A stretch of 64,000 bases of DNA from Flavobacteriales bacterium. Lineage in GTDB: Bacteria > Bacteroidota > Bacteroidia > Palsa-965. Under the pieces are notes generated by a model that was given only the letters and a program-made list of their open reading frames with translations, was not told the DNA's origin and ran no database searches. Positions 58,443 through 64,000 of this stretch are shown here, piece after piece. The first letter of the stretch is position 1, and every line of letters begins with the position of its first letter. The stretch covers positions 13,584 through 77,583 of the forward strand of contig JBEIPA010000023.1 in assembly GCA_040377305.1 (NCBI GenBank), given 5' to 3'. Both the position numbers and the translations under genes were made by a program.

Positions 58443-59486
58443 ATGAAGAAAATCTATACTATACTTGTTTGTGGTTTAACTGCTTTCACGGCTAACGCGC
58501 AGTCGCAGCGTTTAGTTCTGGTGGAAGAATTCACGCAAGCTTCATGCGGTCCCTGTGCGGCTGCAAATCCATCCTTCAATGCACTGTTGAACAACAACGC
58601 GGCGAAATGTGTTTCCATCAAGTACCAGACCAGCTGGCCGGGTGTTGATCCGATGAACGCGCAATATCCCGCAGCAGTTTCTGCACGCGTAAATTATTAC
58701 AGCTGCAACTCGGTTCCGTTTGCTGTGATGGATGGAACTGCAATCACCGGTTCAAACTATGCTGGTGCACCGTCTAACCTTACTACAGCAAAGATCAATG
58801 CAGAGCATGCAATTCCCTCGTCATTCGATATGCAGGTGTCGCATTACCTCACAAACGATCTCGATTCAATTTACGTAACGGCGTATGTCTCGTGCACGCA
58901 GGCATTGACTGCCACGAATTACCTGCGTATGCACCTCGTTCTGGTTGAGAAACACATCGACTTCACAACTCCTCCGGGATCGAATGGAGAAACAGATTTC
59001 TACATGGTTTGCCGTCGTATGTTCCCAAGCCAGACGGGCACTTCATTGCCACTCGCATGGAATGTTGGTGATGACACTACAATCACCATGAAAGTTCCGG
59101 TTCCATCTTACATCTACGACATCAACCAGCTTGCTGTAGTTGGATTCGTACAAGACAACGGAACAAAAGATGTTCTTCAGGCGGCGTACAGCATCAGCCC
59201 GGTTGGAGTACACGATTACGCTGTTGATCCGTCAGACATTACTTTGTTTCCTAATCCGGCAAACACCGTTGTGAAACTGAACTTCAATCTTGAACAGGCC
59301 AATGAAGTTTCAATCAACATCTACTCAATCACAGGCGATCTGGTTCTCACTCAGAAACGCGGACTGTACGGAATCGGTAACCAGCAAATGGAAATCAATG
59401 TAGAGATGCTTGCGAACGGGATGTACACGCTTGAAATGATTGCAGGCGAGCAGCGTTCAACTTCGAAACTGAATGTAGTACGCTAA
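58443..59486 (+). CDS. Omp28-related thioredoxin-fold T9SS-secreted protein
   Basis: VLVEEFTQASCGPC, R.NYY...VP...DG, VGFVQD...VLQA and C-terminal LFPNPAN CTD. Confidence 0.88.
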   Translation: MKKIYTILVCGLTAFTANAQSQRLVLVEEFTQASCGPCAAANPSFNALLNNNAAKCVSIKYQTSWPGVDPMNAQYPAAVSARVNYYSCNSVPFAVMDGTAITGSNYAGAPSNLTTAKINAEHAIPSSFDMQVSHYLTNDLDSIYVTAYVSCTQALTATNYLRMHLVLVEKHIDFTTPPGSNGETDFYMVCRRMFPSQTGTSLPLAWNVGDDTTITMKVPVPSYIYDINQLAVVGFVQDNGTKDVLQAAYSISPVGVHDYAVDPSDITLFPNPANTVVKLNFNLEQANEVSINIYSITGDLVLTQKRGLYGIGNQQMEINVEMLANGMYTLEMIAGEQRSTSKLNVVR

Positions 59487-59504
59487 AAGATTTAGAATTG
59501 AATG

Positions 59505-59538
59505 AAACGCCTTCTGCGAAAGTGGAGGGCGTTTTTTT
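59505..59538. terminator. Bidirectional terminator
   Basis: AAACGCCTTCTGC-gaaa-GTGGAGGGCGTTTTTTT. Confidence 0.75.
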
Positions 59539-59539
59539 A

Positions 59540-60094
59540 TTATGGAGCCCGTCTGATTGCGTTTATGAACCCAACGACATCGGTAAGATGATACAATCCT
59601 TCTTCACTTTCAGAAATCATATTGTCGTTATAAGTCCAGCCATAAGCCTCTGAACCTTTGCCACCGATCATTTGCTTAAACATGATTTTCTCCTTGTTAA
59701 CTCCTTCGATAACGATAAAGTAAACAACAAGAATTGCTCCCCCATGTTTCGCACGCATATACTCGTAGGTAAACCAATTCGCAACACGCCAGGTTTCAAA
59801 TGTCATGTCCACATTAGCCGAGGATCCTTTTATTGACAGATGCATGTGTTGGTCGTTCACGCGATAAAGTTCAATGATCGTGTTTCCTGTCTTTACGCTC
59901 CACCAACCTAATGCAATAAATCCACCGACGATCAACAACCACATCCACCAGGGACCAACCGTCTTGCCGGCAAAGGTGGAGACGATCAACAGTGTAACTC
60001 CTATCAGAACACCGAATACGGAGAGATAAATTCCTGCTCCAGAGGTTGTAGCGCCAGTTGTTGAATAAATTAAAGTGCCTTTTTGTGAACTCAT
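59540..60094 (-). CDS. Two-TM hypothetical membrane protein
   Basis: ATG at 60094, directly after the ArnT-like stop. Two hydrophobic helices, then a beta-rich domain. Confidence 0.65.
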   Translation of the reverse strand: MSSQKGTLIYSTTGATTSGAGIYLSVFGVLIGVTLLIVSTFAGKTVGPWWMWLLIVGGFIALGWWSVKTGNTIIELYRVNDQHMHLSIKGSSANVDMTFETWRVANWFTYEYMRAKHGGAILVVYFIVIEGVNKEKIMFKQMIGGKGSEAYGWTYNDNMISESEEGLYHLTDVVGFINAIRRAP

Positions 60095-60095
60095 G

Positions 60096-61832
60096 TTACT
60101 TCGTTTTCGGCAATCGCTCCCAGAAAACAAATCCGTTCTTCTCACCAATCTTCGTCATCCCGGGATAATATTTCACAACTTCAGATTCGAACGTGTTCTT
60201 GCTGATGTAGTATGCAGGACGATCAATTTCTCCCTGACATATCCAGTCGTGTTTCCACATTCGCATTTGTTCGGCGCTGATACGGGTTCCTTTGAGCACT
60301 TCATCTTTGGTTCTCAGGTAATCGTAGAACATGATATCAGCTGCATGGTCTGATTTGGTTTCCGCATAAAAGAAATGCGCGTAGCTCTTGTAGCCAAGTG
60401 TTTCGACATACACATGTTGTCCGGCTTTCGATTTCCAGAATTCTATGGCCGCATTTTGTGTGTAGTTCTCCACACGCGGAACAATCAGGAAGCAGGCAAG
60501 GGCGATAACAACTGCGCCACCAATGGTCATGGAGTAAATTGACTTCCTGATTTTTTGCTTTCGGTACGACCACATTCCGTAAATAGTCAACGCGAACATC
60601 ATCACGCCGATAATCCATTCCCAACCAAACCAGTTTGCGCCTGCTTTGAAACTCGCTTCAGCAAATGGGTCGTTGATCCAACCGCGGTGCACCATCCACG
60701 GAACAAAATCGTCGAAGAAAGGAACGATGAATAATCCAAGGCTGATGATGAAACCTATTCCGAGCAACAGACCTGCAATCCATTTCTTCGGAAGGAATGT
60801 TCCTGCCTCGAGCTGAACAACAGCGTGTGCGCCCAGGAATGTGAGTGGGAAATAGCACAAGGACGAGTAGTGGATGATTTTTGTTTTCACGATGGAGAAC
60901 AAAATCAGCACGACGAAAAACAGAATGCGCATCCACCGCAGGGAATGTTGCTCGAAAGGAATTGTATTTCCGTTCTGAAAAATTCCATGCAAGGCGAATA
61001 CAGAAACCGGAAAACAGCCGATCAGCAAGACAATCCAGTGATAGAAGAAGTTGTGACCGTGACCTGCATCTTCTGTGGAGAAAAGACGAATCTGATATTC
61101 GATAAATTCAAGAATCACAATTCCTTTTCCCTGGAAGATGAGACTGAGAAACCAGATTCCTGCAGGCAAAGCGGTTGCGCCCACATACACCCAGAAGTGT
61201 TTCCAGGTCATCAGCGGTTTCTTCTTCATGAAACGTGCGACTACGAAACATATTCCGAAAATGGCAACAGCCGCAGGACCTTTGGTCAGTACTGCGAGCG
61301 AAAGAAACAAACCGGAAAGGATAATTCGTTTGTCGAGCAGCTTCTGTTTTTGTCCGGGAATGTACTGGTTCGTATAAATGATGAAGTGATAGAACGCAAG
61401 CAGAATGAAGAAGTTGAACCAGGGATCAATCACACCTGAACGGAAATAGAAGTGGGGCAGGAGTGAGCCGGCATAAAACAGCACCCAGTACCACGCGAAT
61501 TTCTTTCCGGAGATTCTGGATCCGAGCAGAAACAAAGTTGAAAGTGTAACTGCACCTGCGATTGCATTCGGTAGTCGTGCGGCAAATTCGTTGACTCCGA
61601 AAATCTTCATGCACACAGCCTGCATCCAGATGAATAGCGGCGGCTTTTCCCAGAACGGAAGAAAGTCGATCTGCACGTTGTTGTAGTCGCCGGTGACAAT
61701 CATTTCCCGCGCGCATTCCGCGAAATTGATTTCATCCCAATCGAAGAGATGTGCAGATCCTAAAAACGGAAGAAAGAGCAGGAGTGCTCCGGCGAAAATA
61801 AAATACGGAATATGTTGATCACGGATTTTCAC
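60096..61832 (-). CDS. ArnT/GT39 (GT-C) family glycosyltransferase
   Basis: LFDWDEINFAECAREM, FWEKPPLF, GVNEFAARLP, LTKGP and KTKIIHY motifs. Confidence 0.92.
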   Translation of the reverse strand: MKIRDQHIPYFIFAGALLLFLPFLGSAHLFDWDEINFAECAREMIVTGDYNNVQIDFLPFWEKPPLFIWMQAVCMKIFGVNEFAARLPNAIAGAVTLSTLFLLGSRISGKKFAWYWVLFYAGSLLPHFYFRSGVIDPWFNFFILLAFYHFIIYTNQYIPGQKQKLLDKRIILSGLFLSLAVLTKGPAAVAIFGICFVVARFMKKKPLMTWKHFWVYVGATALPAGIWFLSLIFQGKGIVILEFIEYQIRLFSTEDAGHGHNFFYHWIVLLIGCFPVSVFALHGIFQNGNTIPFEQHSLRWMRILFFVVLILFSIVKTKIIHYSSLCYFPLTFLGAHAVVQLEAGTFLPKKWIAGLLLGIGFIISLGLFIVPFFDDFVPWMVHRGWINDPFAEASFKAGANWFGWEWIIGVMMFALTIYGMWSYRKQKIRKSIYSMTIGGAVVIALACFLIVPRVENYTQNAAIEFWKSKAGQHVYVETLGYKSYAHFFYAETKSDHAADIMFYDYLRTKDEVLKGTRISAEQMRMWKHDWICQGEIDRPAYYISKNTFESEVVKYYPGMTKIGEKNGFVFWERLPKTK

Positions 61833-62475
61833 TTCGTATTACCGGAATTGTGATCCACTTGAAACGAGTTGCTTCAGCGAAAACAATCAGCGTACCAAGT
61901 GTACCGATGATGGAACCGAAGAATACATCGAGGAGGAAATGCTGCGACAAGTAAATTCTTGAATACCCGACTGCAAGGGCGCAAACGAAAAAGAGCATCG
62001 CAATTTTCTTTGGCCGCAAACAAAGTGCGATTGCGAAGAAGAATGCGAACGCAACCGTTGTGTGACCGGAAGGAAAGCTGTCGTACAACCAATTCTCTAC
62101 TCCAGGTACGTAGTGCAGTTCTGCTTTTTCAACAATGGTGAAATAGTATTTCGGTCGTGGCGTTCCCCAGAAGATGGTTGACTTTAATGCCCAGGTAATT
62201 GCAGAAGTGAATAAGCATGAAACTCCAACGAATACTGCCGCTCTGCGGTGCCATGCGAATAGGAGTAGACAGGCAATCACAATTGTCCAGCCATCTGCAC
62301 CCAGTGTTATCAACGGCATGAGAAAATCGAGCAAGCCATTGTTGCGCGCGTTAATTGCCAGGTGAATTTCTGAAACGGTACACGTGAGCAGCGTAATTCC
62401 AGCAACGAGGATAAAAGCTATCCACGGTATCAGGAAATACCTCGTTTTGGAAATAAGATTGACGTATGGTTGCAT
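61819..62475 (-). CDS. PAP2-family membrane phosphatase
   Basis: K...PRP, SFPSGH and SRIYLSQHFLLD motifs. Start is uncertain (62496 or 62475). Confidence 0.9.
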   Translation of the reverse strand: MQPYVNLISKTRYFLIPWIAFILVAGITLLTCTVSEIHLAINARNNGLLDFLMPLITLGADGWTIVIACLLLFAWHRRAAVFVGVSCLFTSAITWALKSTIFWGTPRPKYYFTIVEKAELHYVPGVENWLYDSFPSGHTTVAFAFFFAIALCLRPKKIAMLFFVCALAVGYSRIYLSQHFLLDVFFGSIIGTLGTLIVFAEATRFKWITIPVIRSENP

Positions 62476-62504
62476 CACAACTAAATTACGATGCATTCAG
62501 AAAA

Positions 62505-63437
62505 TTAGTACGCACCCATCACTTTGACGAGGCGCTGAATCTGCGTGTCCCACAAACGACGGTTCGTGATGATGTCTTCTTCGTTTTCACCGAAATCGGT
62601 AACCGTGAGAGAAACTTCACCTGTAAGCTCGTCTTGTGTGATGCGGAATTCAACATACGTTCCTTCCGGTTTATCCAGCCAACGGAAACGCAGGTAGTTG
62701 TCGATTTTCGCATTCAGCATTTGTGCTTTCTGCTGCTGACCATCCCAGTTGAACGTGTACAAGTCGTCTTTCAGCAAAACGTCGTCGGCAAACCATTCCT
62801 GCAAACCGCTTGGAGTTGTAAGGAAATCGTAAAGCAGAGTAACCGGGCAACGGATGATGTATTCCATCTCGTATTTCCCTTTTGGTTCTGTTTTTTTCAC
62901 CTTCTCCGGTTCGAGCGGTTTTTCGTGAATGACGTGATGCGTGATCACTTCAGTTTTCACGAGACGTTTCTCTCCCGGAGCAAGCTTTTGCTTAGAGCGT
63001 TTATACGTAATGTTCGATGGAAGCTTTGGAAGCGCCATTTGCTCAGGAGTGAGCACAGGACGTTCTTTCACTTTCGGAGCACGTGGAACTTTCGCACCCG
63101 GAACTGCAGGAGGTCCTTTTACAGGAACTACAGGTTTCGCAGGAGCAACAACAGGTTTAACTGCTGGTTTTGCCGGAGCTTTTTCTTTAGCATCAACTTT
63201 AGCAACTTTTCCTTTAACGGGAGCTGCACTTTTCTTCGGTTGAGGCTTCGTATTCTTTGTAGCAGGCTTTGCTGCTTTTACTGTTTTCTTTGCAATCACT
63301 TTACCCTTCGATTTACCCGCCGGCTTCACATTCTTCTTCACCGCCGCTTTCTTGGTTGATTTGGACGCAGGCTTCGCTTTCCCCTTTGATTTTGGGGCTG
63401 ATTTCTTCACCACTTTAGTCGGTTTGCTCTTTGCCAT
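62505..63437 (-). CDS. START-like domain protein with long Lys/Ala/Pro-rich (histone H1-like) N-terminus
   Basis: C-terminal LLYDFLTTPSGLQEWFADDV...FRW...DELT...VTDF...LW. About 150 low-complexity basic residues at the N-terminus. Confidence 0.85.
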   Translation of the reverse strand: MAKSKPTKVVKKSAPKSKGKAKPASKSTKKAAVKKNVKPAGKSKGKVIAKKTVKAAKPATKNTKPQPKKSAAPVKGKVAKVDAKEKAPAKPAVKPVVAPAKPVVPVKGPPAVPGAKVPRAPKVKERPVLTPEQMALPKLPSNITYKRSKQKLAPGEKRLVKTEVITHHVIHEKPLEPEKVKKTEPKGKYEMEYIIRCPVTLLYDFLTTPSGLQEWFADDVLLKDDLYTFNWDGQQQKAQMLNAKIDNYLRFRWLDKPEGTYVEFRITQDELTGEVSLTVTDFGENEEDIITNRRLWDTQIQRLVKVMGAY

Positions 63438-63650
63438 ACGCGTCTTTACTTACTCTTAAAATCGGCGGAAAAGTAACTAAAAATCTGAGACACGCAAGCC
63501 CAAATAATTACAAGAGGTTTTAAACCGCTGATATTTGAGATTTAGAAAATGCTATATTTGCCGTCCCAAACTGAAAGCGGTTTTTTAACCAGATATCGCA
63601 GGTTTTCGGAAACGGGGCTCAAAGGAGTAATCCGCTGGGTGTTAATAAAA

Positions 63651-63683
63651 TGGCGAGGTAGCTCATCCTGACGCTTACGGTCT
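63651..63683 (+). repeat. Duplicate of tRNA-Met 5' end fused to a REP-like hairpin
   Basis: TGGCGAGGTAGCTCA at 63651-63665 equals 63715-63729, followed by TCCTGAC-gcttacg-GTCTGGAT. Confidence 0.7.
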
Positions 63684-63715
63684 GGATGGCTAACTTAAGT
63701 GAAGAGGAATAGTTT

Positions 63716-63789
<74 letters not shown>

Positions 63790-63812
63790 CTTTTCCTCTC
63801 TCAGAAATTTAA

Positions 63813-64000
63813 TTACCTGATTAAAGTAACATTACCTTTCTTTTCTACGGTAATATTATTGGCATCGGTGGCTTTAACATAATACACAAAGGTGGCGGTG
63901 TTTTGCATTTTGCCTTTGTGTGTGCCGTCCCAGCCGTCAGAAAGATTGTTCAGTTCTCCGGGGTCATCGGAATGATAGACCTGCTCGCCCCAGCGATTGA
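63813..64000 (-). CDS. C-terminus of a T9SS type B (gliding-motility-associated CTD) protein (partial)
   Basis: My translation ends NRWGEQVY...GWDGTHKG...FVYYVKA...KGNVTLIR, stop at 63815-63813. Confidence 0.88.
   Translation of the reverse strand, partial: NRWGEQVYHSDDPGELNNLSDGWDGTHKGKMQNTATFVYYVKATDANNITVEKKGNVTLIR

Noticed and set aside
62466-63359. 297-aa Phe/Arg-rich + strand ORF
   Set aside because: Mirror of the Lys/Ala-rich minus-strand gene, whose AAA/AAG codons read as Phe/Leu on the other strand.

Overview
A 64-kb chromosomal window from a Bacteroidota bacterium. Evidence: TAnnTTTG -7 promoters, several T9SS C-terminal sorting domains and Gln-after-signal-peptide proteins. Most of it is core or semi-core: rnz, rarA, a surface-polysaccharide cluster, a Cu-type P1B ATPase, tRNA-His, a LytS/LytTR pair, DPP-IV plus a POT transporter, a GlcD-like oxidoreductase, fabG, an RND efflux operon, uvrB, ArnT/PAP2 and tRNA-Met. 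I found no rRNA, CRISPR array, integrase or transposase. The most unusual parts are: (1) an AT-rich two-gene island (34660-38579) encoding an exported caspase-family protease and an exported helical + DUF4384-like partner that share a [K/R]LTVEY motif; (2) a CASTOR/POLLUX-like ion channel preceded by a promoter-hairpin-terminator leader; (3) a set of small non-coding elements. These elements are gene-less inverted cassettes of 7-8-mer tandem repeats at convergent gene junctions, a nested REP-like insertion kept in frame inside a CDS, and partial tRNA duplications with structured inserts at both tRNAs. All product calls come from motif recognition by eye; no database search was run.
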